Notes: generated from the letters alone by a model not told the origin. Positions 11,287-20,628 are shown, counted from the first letter of the stretch. The stretch: DNA of 64,000 nt from Stellaceae bacterium (GCA_035623985.1 DASPSJ010000109.1:979-64978), one strand, 5' to 3'. A program made the numbers and translations.

Positions 11287-11815
11287 CCGGACATTGGCCG
11301 CCCTGGTCGTCATATTCGCGCCGCTGTCGCTCGTGTCGGTGGGCGGGGGACCGGCAATTTTCGCCGAAATGCAGCGGCAAGCCGTGACGATACACGGGTG
11401 GATGACGGCCCGCGAATTTTCCGATCTGTTTGCCATTTCGCGCGCCGCTCCGGGACCGGGCGCGTTGCTGGCCACCCTGATCGGATGGAAAGCGGCGAGC
11501 TGGCCGGGAGCGCTCGTCGTCTCGCTGGCTTTCTTCCTGCCATCCTCGATCATGGCCTATGCCGCCGCGCGGCTCTGGAACCGGGGGCGCGGTTCTCGCT
11601 GGCACAGCGCCGTCGAGGCGGGCTTCGCGCCGATCGCTACGGGACTCGTGCTCGCCGGGGCCTTCGCGATCCTGAGCACGGAGGGCCGCGCTATTCTCGC
11701 CTGGACCATCGCTTTCGTGGTGGCCGCGATGCGCCTCTGGCGGCCCACCATTCACCCGCTTCTGCTGCTCGGCTTCGGTGCGGCCGTCTTCCTGCTTGCG
11801 CATCACCTGGGGTAG
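11273..11815 (+). CDS. chromate-ion-transporter (CHR) family protein, short-chain half 2
   Basis: 'LSLVSVGGGPAIFAEMQRQAVTIHGWMTAREFSDLFAISRAAPGPGAL' is a CHR motif. The gene overlaps the previous gene by 14 nt. Confidence 0.75.
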   Translation: MTDDSRTLAALVVIFAPLSLVSVGGGPAIFAEMQRQAVTIHGWMTAREFSDLFAISRAAPGPGALLATLIGWKAASWPGALVVSLAFFLPSSIMAYAAARLWNRGRGSRWHSAVEAGFAPIATGLVLAGAFAILSTEGRAILAWTIAFVVAAMRLWRPTIHPLLLLGFGAAVFLLAHHLG

Positions 11816-12063
11816 GGCGCGCCGTTCCCCGCGGAACGGCCTCGGTGACGTGCAAAGACCTTCCAGGCCGAGCCGATAAGCCGCGCGCCCAGCGCCGCCG
11901 ATCGATCGTCGTCCTCGCCGGGCGCTTGCCGAGATGCCCGTGCCGCGCTCGAAAAATCGCGCGCGGAAAAACGTTCGTCTCGTGACGCAGCAAGACGGCA
12001 GTGGGTCAGTTTGAAAAAGTCTTGCGGCTCAACTAGAAATCAGCCCCTGGCCTGCCGGAGAGC

Positions 12064-12290
12064 ATGAAGGAGCGTGGCGATGTTGGCGATGTCGGGACCT
12101 GGACCGCGATTGATGCGAATACAAAGCTGATCCTCTCTTGGCTCGTGGCCGATCGCAGCGCCGAGGCCGCGCGAGTTCATGAACGACGTGGCGAGCCGGG
12201 TTGTCCGGCGCGTCCAACTCACGAGCGACGGGCGGGCGATACTCCACAAAATACGCGCCGCGATGCTCCTTCACGGTATCGAAAAATAGC
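12064..12290 (+). pseudogene. truncated, frameshifted DDE transposase remnant (IS1/IS1595-like fragment)
   Basis: Frame 1 reads '...GTWTAIDANTKLILSWLVADRSAEAA'. A +1 shift then continues 'EFMNDVASRVVRRVQLTSDGRA...' to a stop. Both pieces resemble the catalytic-core region of small DDE transposases as I remember them. There are no ends or inverted repeats, and no N- or C-terminal parts. Confidence 0.45.
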
Positions 12291-12390
12291 TTTTCAGGGG
12301 CTTCGGCTACGTTGCTCATGCGGTGAACGTACTCTTCTTAAGGTCTGCAGGCCCTTGAAATTCACAAGGGGCTTCCTGCGCGGCCCAGAT

Positions 12391-13623
12391 TTACCGTCGA
12401 ATATCGAATGCAGATTCCATGCGCCTGATTTCGCTTGCCGACAAGCCTAACGCGGCGGCCACCTTCGGCCAGTTTCCGATCGCCGCCCGAACTTCCGCCG
12501 CGATCGTTTGCGCCTTGTCGGGCTTGAGGCCGAATTGCCGCGCGACCGAGAACGCAAGATCGAGTGAGCCTGTCGCGTCCGCTTCGTCGATCGCCAATGA
12601 GAGGACGCGCGGCTTGATGTCGATGGGCGTTGGATTGAGATCATAGGCGGGTGCCAGCCGCCAGCCGCCGGCCGGATCATAGAGGAAGCCGTGATTTCTG
12701 AGGTGATCGTCGGTATTCGAGGTGAGGATGTTGAAAACGATCCGGCGCCACAGCTCGGCGCAGTCCTCCCCAGGCCGCGATCCGTGCTGGCGCAGCGCGT
12801 CGGCTATTTCAAGATAGCTGCGTTGTTCGCGGTCGTCGGCGCCCAGCATGCTCATGGCGGATAGGAACGGGATGCGCTGTCCTGCTTTGCGGTCAAAGCG
12901 CCGCAGAAGAAGCACAGGACGGTCGGCGATCCGCTCGACGCGCCATGAGGAGGTGGCGATATGCGCGGCGGCGGCGAGCTTAAGCGCGACGGCTTCCCAC
13001 AACTCGATGCGGGTGGTATCGTTGTGTTGCGGAAACTTCGCGATCAGCAGATGACCATCCCGGTCAATGATGGAAGCTTTCGGGCGGCTGCCGCCCAGGG
13101 AAGAGCCGGGGGCCAGTAAAATTCTCAAATCGTCGTCGGCATTCTCATCGGTCGTTATGTGAAGCGCCGCCGTCAGCAATTCCGGCAACTTCACGAGCGG
13201 GGGGATTTGCGTTGCATCGCCGGGCGCGAGATATGGCCCCCCTTCCTTTTCCGCAAAACGCAGCGCGCCCTGACGCAAGATGTCTCCGACGCCCAGGAGA
13301 TAATCGACTTCCGTAAGGGTGCGGGCGGTGCGTTTTTGCTGGCGGGCCTTGCGCCTTTCCTCCCGTTGAATGAGCATTCGGCCCCAGCGGTCCGGCGCCG
13401 AATCGCCTATGGCGCCGAACAGCAAGCGGCCGGCCGGAGTGTGATAAGGCCCTTTGCCGAGCGTGAGGGCAGGCTCAAGCGCAAAACGCGATGGATCATT
13501 CAGCCACCGATCATCATATTCGAAAGTGGCGCTGTCGCGGCCCTTGCTGCTTCGTGTCCATAGCCTGCCGACGAGTTGCGTCGTGCCGGCAAGGTCCACA
13601 TAGACCAGGAGCCGCGTGTCCAC
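12391..13623 (-). CDS. hipA: type II toxin HipA-family serine/threonine kinase
   Basis: 410 aa with 'LLVYVDLAGTTQLVGRLW', 'GSSLGGSRPKA', 'LIAKFP' and 'NTDDHLRNHGFLYD' (HipA catalytic loop). It overlaps the upstream HTH gene by 1 nt. Confidence 0.88.
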   Translation of the reverse strand: MDTRLLVYVDLAGTTQLVGRLWTRSSKGRDSATFEYDDRWLNDPSRFALEPALTLGKGPYHTPAGRLLFGAIGDSAPDRWGRMLIQREERRKARQQKRTARTLTEVDYLLGVGDILRQGALRFAEKEGGPYLAPGDATQIPPLVKLPELLTAALHITTDENADDDLRILLAPGSSLGGSRPKASIIDRDGHLLIAKFPQHNDTTRIELWEAVALKLAAAAHIATSSWRVERIADRPVLLLRRFDRKAGQRIPFLSAMSMLGADDREQRSYLEIADALRQHGSRPGEDCAELWRRIVFNILTSNTDDHLRNHGFLYDPAGGWRLAPAYDLNPTPIDIKPRVLSLAIDEADATGSLDLAFSVARQFGLKPDKAQTIAAEVRAAIGNWPKVAAALGLSASEIRRMESAFDIRR

Positions 13624-13955
13624 TAGCGCGCTCGCTTGGCCGACGCGGCAGGCCGGCGAACGCGTTTAGGCAGGCTTTCCTCGGCGAGCTGGAGCCCCAC
13701 CTCATCGCTTCGCACATCGGCAAGTTCAGCCAGGCGTTCGGTAAGTCCGAGCACGAAAAGAACCGTGGCGTAGATGCCTAAGGATACGCCGGCATCGCCA
13801 CGCTCGACTTTGAGGAGCGTCGAGCGCGTGATGAAGGCACGCGACGCCATGATCGCAGTCGGAATGCCGCGACGGATGCGGGCGCTGCGAATGTCGCTGC
13901 CGAGTTTGGCCAAAGCCCGTTTGACCGGCAGGGGCAAGGGAGGTGTGGTGCGCAT
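13623..13955 (-). CDS. hipB: HipB-like XRE-family HTH antitoxin
   Basis: 110 aa with HTH 'IRSARIRRGIPTAIMASRAFITRSTLLKVERGD'. It lies immediately upstream of hipA on the same strand. Confidence 0.8.
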   Translation of the reverse strand: MRTTPPLPLPVKRALAKLGSDIRSARIRRGIPTAIMASRAFITRSTLLKVERGDAGVSLGIYATVLFVLGLTERLAELADVRSDEVGLQLAEESLPKRVRRPAASAKRAR

Positions 13956-14223
13956 ACGAACCCTCTATGCGCGTTAATATAGTCAATAAATAAGATAGTG
14001 TCCATGATAAGAGACATTGTACAGTCCAACGCGAATCACGCGCTCGCACTGAACTATTGATTCTTACAAGAACAAGGTGCTCCAAAGTTATCGCGCTACG
14101 CTTCTGTCATGAGTTCGGGCATCAAGTTGGACTGCGGCGAAAGCGGGATCGCGTGGCGGATGGTACGGAGATAAGGCACGCGAAGCGCGGGGCGGGCCGC
14201 GAAATTGCGACGGCGAGCGCCGG

Positions 14224-15123
14224 CTAAAGTCCGTCGATGAACGCCGCCATGCGCTTGCGCCGGTCGGGATCGGGCAAAGGGCCGCGCATGGCGCCGAGAT
14301 TGTCCGCCATGTGCGCGGGGTCGGAGGTGCCGGGAATGACCGCCGTCACCCGCTCGTCGGCGAGCAGGAATTTGAGGAAGAACTGCGCCCAGCTCTCGGC
14401 GAAATCCGTCGCCCAATCGGGAATCGCCTTGCCGCGCACCGCGCGGAAGAGCCGACCGCGGCCGAACGGGAGCGCGGTCAGCACGCCGGCCTTGACCTCG
14501 GCCGCCAGCGGCAGGATGCGCCGCTCCGCCTCGCGGTCGTCGAGCGAGTAATCGACCTGCACGAAATCCGGCTTCTCGCGCCCGAGCACCGCCTCGACCG
14601 CGGCGAAATCCCCGTGGAAGGTCGAAGTGACGCCGATATAGCGGCAGACGCCTTGAGCCTTCCACGCCTTGAACGGCGCCAGCGATTGCCGCGGGTCGCG
14701 CACGTTATGGAGCTGAAGCAAATCGAGCTTCGCCGTCTTGAGCCGCGCCCGCGAGCGCTCGAGCTCGGCCTCATCGGGCGCTTCGAGCTTGGTGGCGATG
14801 AAGACCTTGTCGCGCAGGCCCGCGGCGGCGGCGACCTCGCCGAGCACGCGCTCGGCATCGCCGTAAGAGGACGCGGTGTCGATGAGCCGGCCGCCGCCCG
14901 CGACCAGCGCCTGAACGACCTCCGCCGCGCTCCGCCGCGTCCGCTCGTCGTCGCTGTCGAACACATTGGCCGTGCCGAGGCCCACCGCCGGCAGGCGCTC
15001 GTTCGTCCCCGGAATGGCGCGCAGGATCAGCGGCGCCTCGCCGGGTTGCGCAACGGCGGGCCGGGCCAGCAGCGCGCCGGCGGCAAGGGCGGCAAAGTCG
15101 CGGCGGGTGAGGCGGGTCGTCAT
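14224..15123 (-). CDS. aldo/keto reductase with twin-arginine (Tat) signal peptide
   Basis: Start at MTTRLTRRDFAALAAGALLARPAVAQ (Tat-type 'TRRDF' followed by a hydrophobic region and AxA). AKR core motifs are 'LPAVGLGT', 'IDTASSYG' and 'IPGTSDPAHMADN'. Confidence 0.8.
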   Translation of the reverse strand: MTTRLTRRDFAALAAGALLARPAVAQPGEAPLILRAIPGTNERLPAVGLGTANVFDSDDERTRRSAAEVVQALVAGGGRLIDTASSYGDAERVLGEVAAAAGLRDKVFIATKLEAPDEAELERSRARLKTAKLDLLQLHNVRDPRQSLAPFKAWKAQGVCRYIGVTSTFHGDFAAVEAVLGREKPDFVQVDYSLDDREAERRILPLAAEVKAGVLTALPFGRGRLFRAVRGKAIPDWATDFAESWAQFFLKFLLADERVTAVIPGTSDPAHMADNLGAMRGPLPDPDRRKRMAAFIDGL

Positions 15124-15290
15124 GCGTCTCCTTGGACCGCCGCCCTCGACCAAGGCGCGGCGCAAACGGTCAACGGAACCATGCCCGGTCATCGCAACCG
15201 GCTCCGGCGCGGCACATTATATAGAGAATGGGGGGAACCGGCAGGGGGATCGACGCCGCCGTCGGGGCGTCGGCGATCCGACGCCCGACC

Positions 15291-16034
15291 TCACCGCGCC
15301 CGGCGCAGCAGGATCTCGACATAGGAAAGGTGCTCGTGCGCCGCCTGCGTCGCCTTCTCCGGGTCGCGCGTCCTGATCGCCGCCCAGATGGCTTCGTGCT
15401 GGTCGTTCAGCTTCTTGCCCGCGTCCGGCTGCTCCCACAAGCGTTCGATCGTCGCGCCGATCGACGAGCGCAACAGGTTGAAGAGGCCGCGCATCACATA
15501 GGACAGAGCCAGATTGTGCGATGCGTCGGCCACGGCGAGATGAAAGGCCGCGTCGCATTCGCCGAAACTCAGCGGGTCGTTTTCGATCGCCGCTTTCCGC
15601 AATTTTTTAATGCAATCAATTATTCTCTTGCAATCTTCCGAAGTGGCGCGCCGGGCCGCATGCGAGGCTGCGACCTGTTCGAGCGCGTGGCGCAGCTCCA
15701 GGATGTCGAAGCGCGCCTCGGGATAGTCGTCGAGCAGGCGGGCGAGCGGATCGGTCAGGGTCGGCGCATAGGCGTCGACGACTTGCATGCCGCCGCTGCG
15801 GTGCGGCTGGAGAAGGCCTTTCGTCTCGAGCTTGCGGATCGCCTCGCGCAGCGACGGCCGCGACACCGTAAACATCTGCGCCAGCTTGCGTTCCGGCGGC
15901 AAGGTGTCGCCGGGCCGCAGCGCGCCGTCGACGATGAGACGCTCGATATGCGACACGATCGAATCGGACAGGCGCAGGCGCGGGGGCGGTTCTATCCGCT
16001 CAAACAAACGCACGGCGCTTTGCTTGCTCATCAA
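15291..16034 (-). CDS. GntR/FadR-family transcriptional regulator (FCD domain)
   Basis: N-terminal wHTH 'LPPERKLAQMFTVSRPSLREAIRKLETKGLL' followed by a helical FCD-like C-terminal domain. Confidence 0.85.
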   Translation of the reverse strand: MMSKQSAVRLFERIEPPPRLRLSDSIVSHIERLIVDGALRPGDTLPPERKLAQMFTVSRPSLREAIRKLETKGLLQPHRSGGMQVVDAYAPTLTDPLARLLDDYPEARFDILELRHALEQVAASHAARRATSEDCKRIIDCIKKLRKAAIENDPLSFGECDAAFHLAVADASHNLALSYVMRGLFNLLRSSIGATIERLWEQPDAGKKLNDQHEAIWAAIRTRDPEKATQAAHEHLSYVEILLRRAR

Positions 16035-16532
16035 ACGACCTTCGCAAAGCGGAACCGCGGTCGGCCAGGAGGCTCGAGCGGCGCCACCCCCAGAAGAACA
16101 TCACCCCTATTTTCCCTATTTCCCTATTTATAGCAAATCTCGCAAATTTTTCGCTGGGAACCAGGCGGGCCGGCCGCGCCGCGCGCCGTGACGGTCCTTG
16201 CGCGGCCCCTAATCGACCGTTCCCGCTCTCGGTGTTGTTGACTCTCGCGGACCAGCCGGTTTACTTTTGGTCTTACCGCTCTATCCGGTCAGTGTCGCCA
16301 GCCGTTGCGCCGGAGCGAGCGTCTCTTTCGACCGTTCGCGATAGCCGAGCTTGCGACCCGCGCCTCCAGGGCGGCGCCACGCCGCCGCCTGCTGGTTCGC
16401 GCCGCAGCAAAGGGAAGGTGACCGACACGCCGTCAATTAAGGGGTGATCGCGACGCGCTGTTCCGCGCCCAGATGCCAAGAACAGGTGTGCGTCGCTTTG
16501 CGCTGACGTCGTCTCCTTGGGGAGGAGCATCG

Positions 16533-17033
16533 ATGAAGGACAAGCTGAGGGCTCTGTTCACCGAATACGACACCTATCATCGCCATCCGATCAATCAACT
16601 CACGCACAAGATCGCGATCCCGCTGATCTTCTTCAACGCAGTCGCCATGCTCGACTGGCTGCCGCTGGCGCCGGTCGCGGCGTTGCCCAACGGAATGCTG
16701 ACGGCGGCGGACGCCGTCCTGGTGCCGGTCGGCATCTGGTATCTCAGAGCCGACCTCAAGCTCGGCCTCCTGGCGCTCATCGGCCTGCTCGCCTGCCTGC
16801 CGATCGGCTGGGTGACGCCCGTCTGGGCGGTCATCCTGGCCGGCATCGCCGGCTGGATCATTCAACTCCTCGGCCACCTCGTCTGGGAGAAGAAGGCGCC
16901 GAACTTCACGCGCAACGGCATTCAATCCCTGGTCGGACCGATCTATTTCATCGCGCTCTACACCGGCGACTGGGCCGTGCCGCAAGCCGCCGTCGCGCCG
17001 CTTGCCGCCCGGCCGAAGGGAGGCGCGCTATGA
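16533..17033 (+). CDS. DUF962 / Mpo1-like membrane protein
   Basis: Start at ATG 16533 behind GGAGGAG. 'YHRHPINQLTHKIAIPLIFF' and 'GHLVWEKKAPNF' match the DUF962 (yeast Mpo1/YGL010w-like) pattern. The stop overlaps the next start (ATGA). Confidence 0.7.
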   Translation: MKDKLRALFTEYDTYHRHPINQLTHKIAIPLIFFNAVAMLDWLPLAPVAALPNGMLTAADAVLVPVGIWYLRADLKLGLLALIGLLACLPIGWVTPVWAVILAGIAGWIIQLLGHLVWEKKAPNFTRNGIQSLVGPIYFIALYTGDWAVPQAAVAPLAARPKGGAL

Positions 17034-18091
17034 TCGGCATCGTCGAGACGAGGCCGGCGCAGCCGGGCGCGCCGGCGTGCTGGGACGTCATCAGCGGCGG
17101 CGACGCGCCGCTCGCCGAGATCCTCGACTGGCTCGGCGGCGCCACGGGCAACATCGAACGCACGCTGCTCGAGGCGGGCGGACTCTGCCTGCGCGGCTTC
17201 GAGCGGGTCGCGACGGCGGCCGATTTCTCCGACGTCATGGCGGCGATCGCGCCGGAGCTGATGGATTACGTCGGCGGCACCTCGCCGCGCGACACGCTCC
17301 ACGGCAAGGTGATGACCGCAACCAAGCTGGTGCCGAGCTTCTCGATCCCGCTCCATCAGGAAATGTCCTACACCGACGGCTTCCCCGTCGAGATCGCCTT
17401 CTTCTGCGCGCAGCCGCCGACCGAGGGCGGCGAGACGACGACGGGCGACATGCGCGTGTTGACGCGCGCGCTCGATCCGGAGGTGCGCGAGCGTTTCGCG
17501 AGAAAGGGCGGCATCCAGCTCCGGCGCACGCTGCCGAGCCCCGACAGCCTGCGCAAGAAGCCCGGCGTGCAGAAATCCTGGCACGAGGTCTTCGGCACGG
17601 ACGACCGCGCCGCGGTCGAGCGCATCGCCGCCGCGCGCGGCTGGCGCGTCGACTGGCTCAAGGACGGCTCGGTGCAGCTCTGGCAGGAAATCCGCCCCTT
17701 CACCATCCGCCATCCGCTGACCGGCGACGAGGTCTGCTTCAATCAGGTTCATTTCTACTCGCCCCATTGCACGCTGCAATGGGCGCGCGACGACGGGCGC
17801 GCGGAGGACGTGGCGGCGATCGAGCGCGCCTTCGCCGAGGCGCCTTACATGCTCGACCGGATCTTCCACGGCGACGGCACCGAGGTCAGCCGGGAAGACG
17901 CGCTCTACGTCTACGACCTGCATCGCCGCTTCGCCGTGCCGCATCGCTGGGCGCGCGGCGACATCGTGCTGCTGGACAACGTCCTGTTCGGCCACGGCCG
18001 GCGCGCCTTCGCCGGCGAGCGCGCGATCCAGGTCGCCCTGGTCCGGCGGCGGGCGGCCGCGGCGGCGGCAACGGTGCGGGCGGCGGAGTGA
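17030..18091 (+). CDS. clavaminate-synthase-like Fe(II)/2-oxoglutarate dioxygenase (TauD/TfdA superfamily), copy 1
   Basis: 353 aa. The HxE facial-triad element is 'PLHQEMSY' and the distal His/Arg is 'LLDNVLFGHGRRAF', as in AsnO/VioC-type hydroxylases. Confidence 0.8.
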   Translation: MIGIVETRPAQPGAPACWDVISGGDAPLAEILDWLGGATGNIERTLLEAGGLCLRGFERVATAADFSDVMAAIAPELMDYVGGTSPRDTLHGKVMTATKLVPSFSIPLHQEMSYTDGFPVEIAFFCAQPPTEGGETTTGDMRVLTRALDPEVRERFARKGGIQLRRTLPSPDSLRKKPGVQKSWHEVFGTDDRAAVERIAAARGWRVDWLKDGSVQLWQEIRPFTIRHPLTGDEVCFNQVHFYSPHCTLQWARDDGRAEDVAAIERAFAEAPYMLDRIFHGDGTEVSREDALYVYDLHRRFAVPHRWARGDIVLLDNVLFGHGRRAFAGERAIQVALVRRRAAAAAATVRAAE

Positions 18092-18188
18092 CAGGGGGCT
18101 TGATCGTGCGATCGGGAGGCATCGGCAGTCGGTTCTAACGGACCTCGGGCGGAAGGCGGCTCGCCCTGCGCCCGAAGGGAGGGATGTC

Positions 18189-19250
18189 ATGATCGGAATC
18201 GTCGAGACGAAGCCGGCTGAGCCGGGGGCGCCGGCGTGCTGGGAAGTCACGAGCGGGCGCGATGCGCCGCTCGCCGAGATCGTCGACTGGCTCGGCGAGG
18301 CCGTGGGCGATCTCGAACGCACGGTCCTCGCGGCGGGCGGCGTCTGCCTGCGCGGCTTCGAGCGGGTCGCGACGGCGGCCGATTTCGCCGCGGTCATGGC
18401 GGCGATCTCCTCGGAGTTGATGGATTACGTCGGCGGCGCCTCGCCGCGCGACGTGGTCCACGGCAAGATCATGACCGCGACGAAGATGCATTCGAGCCTG
18501 TCGCTCCCGCTCCACCAGGAGATGGCCTACACCGACGATTTTCCCGCCGAGATCGCCTTCTTCTGCGCGCAGCCGCCGACCGAGGGCGGCGAGACGACGA
18601 CGGGCGACATGCGCCTCATAACGCGCGCGCTCGATCCGGCGTTGCGCGAGCGTTTCGCGAGAAAGGGCGGCGTCCAGCTCCGCCGCACGCTGCCGAGCCG
18701 CGACAGCCTGCACAAGAAGCCGGGCGTGCCCAAATCCTGGCACGAGGCCTTCGGCACGGACGACCGCGCCGCGGCCGAGCGCATCGCCGCCGCGCGCGGC
18801 TGGCGCGCCGACTGGCTCGAGGACGGCTCGATGCAGCTCTGGCAGGAGATCCGCCCCTTCACCATCCGCCATCCGCTGACCGGCGACGAGGTCTACTTCA
18901 ACCACGTCCATACCTTCTCGCCCTATTGCACGGTGAAATGGGCGCGCGACGACGGGCGCCTGGAGGAAGCGGCGGCAATCGAGCGCGCCTTCGCCGAGGC
19001 GCCGCACATGCTCGACCGCATGTTCCACGGCGACGGCAGCGAGATCAGCGCGGAAGACGCGCTCTCCCTGCGCGAGCTGCATCAGCGCTTCGCCGTGCCG
19101 CATCGCTGGATGCGCGGCGACATCCTGCTGCTCGACAACATTCTGTTCAGCCACGGCCGGCGCATTTTCGCCGGCGAGCGCTCGATCCAGGTCGCCCTGG
19201 TCAAGCAGCGGGCGGCGGCGAGGGCGGCAACGGCGTTCGCGGCGGAGTGA
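18189..19250 (+). CDS. clavaminate-synthase-like Fe(II)/2-oxoglutarate dioxygenase, copy 2 (tandem paralogue)
   Basis: 353 aa and collinear with copy 1 (roughly 80% identical by eye). Motifs 'PLHQEMAY' and 'LLDNILFSHGRRIF'. Confidence 0.8.
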   Translation: MIGIVETKPAEPGAPACWEVTSGRDAPLAEIVDWLGEAVGDLERTVLAAGGVCLRGFERVATAADFAAVMAAISSELMDYVGGASPRDVVHGKIMTATKMHSSLSLPLHQEMAYTDDFPAEIAFFCAQPPTEGGETTTGDMRLITRALDPALRERFARKGGVQLRRTLPSRDSLHKKPGVPKSWHEAFGTDDRAAAERIAAARGWRADWLEDGSMQLWQEIRPFTIRHPLTGDEVYFNHVHTFSPYCTVKWARDDGRLEEAAAIERAFAEAPHMLDRMFHGDGSEISAEDALSLRELHQRFAVPHRWMRGDILLLDNILFSHGRRIFAGERSIQVALVKQRAAARAATAFAAE

Positions 19251-19306
19251 CGACCTGCCGCCGCGGCGATGGGATTTGACGCAATGATCGTTCGGGAGGC
19301 CTGCTC

Positions 19307-20263
19307 ATGCGATTAGAAGATATCGACAGCCGCTTCTACCAGACCGCGGACGGACGGCGGGGCAAGAAGGCGATCCAGAGCACGTTCCTGCGCCGCATCC
19401 AGATCCGGCACTTCCTGCTCTTCACCGTGCTGCCGCCGATCGGCACGGCGGCCGCCCTGGCGCTGCTGTTCTGGTACCCGCTGAGCTGGCCGGTGATCGC
19501 CGTCTTCCTCGTCATGTGGTCGATCACCAGCATCGGCCAGACGGTGGGCTATCACCGGCTTTTCGCCCATCGCAGCTTCAAGGCGCATCCGGCGGTGCGC
19601 GCCGCCCTCGCGGTCGCCGGCTCGATGGCGGGACTGGGGTCGCTGATCTCCTGGACGGCGATGCATCGCCGCCATCACGAATGCTCCGACAAGCCCGGCG
19701 ACATGCATTCGCCCAATCTCCACGGCGACAGCCGGTCGCAACGGCTTCGCGGCTTCGTCCACGCCCATTTCACCTGGATGATGGGCCACGAATATCCCAA
19801 CGTGAACTACTACACGCCCGACCTGATGAGCGATTTCACCCTGCTGCGGATCAGCCGCCATTACATGAGCTGGATCGTGGCCGGCCTGGTCGTTCCGGCG
19901 GCGGCCGCCGGGCTGCTCACCGGCACCTGGATCGGCGCCATCGAGGGCTTCCTGTGGGGCGGCGCGGTGCGCATGTTCCTGGTGTCGAACGCGATGTGGA
20001 GCCTCAACTCGTTCCTGCACATCTGGGGAAGCAAGCCCTACACCTGCCGCGACAAGAGCGGCAACAGCGCCGTCCTGGCGCTGTTCTCCTGGGGCGAGGG
20101 CTGGCACCACAACCACCACGCCTTCCCGCATTCCGCCTCCTTCGCGCTCACCTGGTATCGCTTCGACCCCGGCTATTACCTGATCCTGCTGCTGCGCAAG
20201 CTGGGCCTCGTCTGGGACGTGAAATCCGTCTCCGCCGAGAGCCTCGCGCAACGGGCGGCGTGA
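19307..20263 (+). CDS. membrane acyl-CoA/acyl-lipid desaturase (Delta9-desaturase-like)
   Basis: Three His boxes ('HRLFAHRSF', 'HRRHHECSD', 'HNHHAFPHS') plus TM helices. Confidence 0.85.
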   Translation: MRLEDIDSRFYQTADGRRGKKAIQSTFLRRIQIRHFLLFTVLPPIGTAAALALLFWYPLSWPVIAVFLVMWSITSIGQTVGYHRLFAHRSFKAHPAVRAALAVAGSMAGLGSLISWTAMHRRHHECSDKPGDMHSPNLHGDSRSQRLRGFVHAHFTWMMGHEYPNVNYYTPDLMSDFTLLRISRHYMSWIVAGLVVPAAAAGLLTGTWIGAIEGFLWGGAVRMFLVSNAMWSLNSFLHIWGSKPYTCRDKSGNSAVLALFSWGEGWHHNHHAFPHSASFALTWYRFDPGYYLILLLRKLGLVWDVKSVSAESLAQRAA

Positions 20264-20321
20264 GCCGACCGCAACGTCCCTTTCCGCGTCCATCCAAGAG
20301 AGAAGAGAGAGGAGAAATCCG

Positions 20322-20609
20322 ATGAGTGTCAGTCGTTCGCCGGCCCTGACCATGGCTTCCGTCCGCGATCATTGCGTCCAGTTTCTCGCCAAGACGCTGC
20401 ATGCCGACGCCGGCACGATCGATCCCGCCGCCGATTTCGACCGTCTCGGCCTCGATTCGGTGATGGCCGTCGCGCTCGTTCTCGACCTCGAGGAGTGGAG
20501 CGGCCTCGACCTCGAGCCGTCGCTGCTCTTCGAGTATCCGACGATCAACGAGCTTGCGGCCTACGTCGTGCAGACCGTGGGCGAGCAGCCGCAGGCGAAC
20601 GTCGCCTGA
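20322..20609 (+). CDS. free-standing acyl carrier protein
   Basis: 95 aa with the phosphopantetheine attachment motif 'DRLGLDSVMAVAL'. Confidence 0.85.
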   Translation: MSVSRSPALTMASVRDHCVQFLAKTLHADAGTIDPAADFDRLGLDSVMAVALVLDLEEWSGLDLEPSLLFEYPTINELAAYVVQTVGEQPQANVA

Positions 20610-20628
20610 GCCGCCGAGGGAGGGAAAG

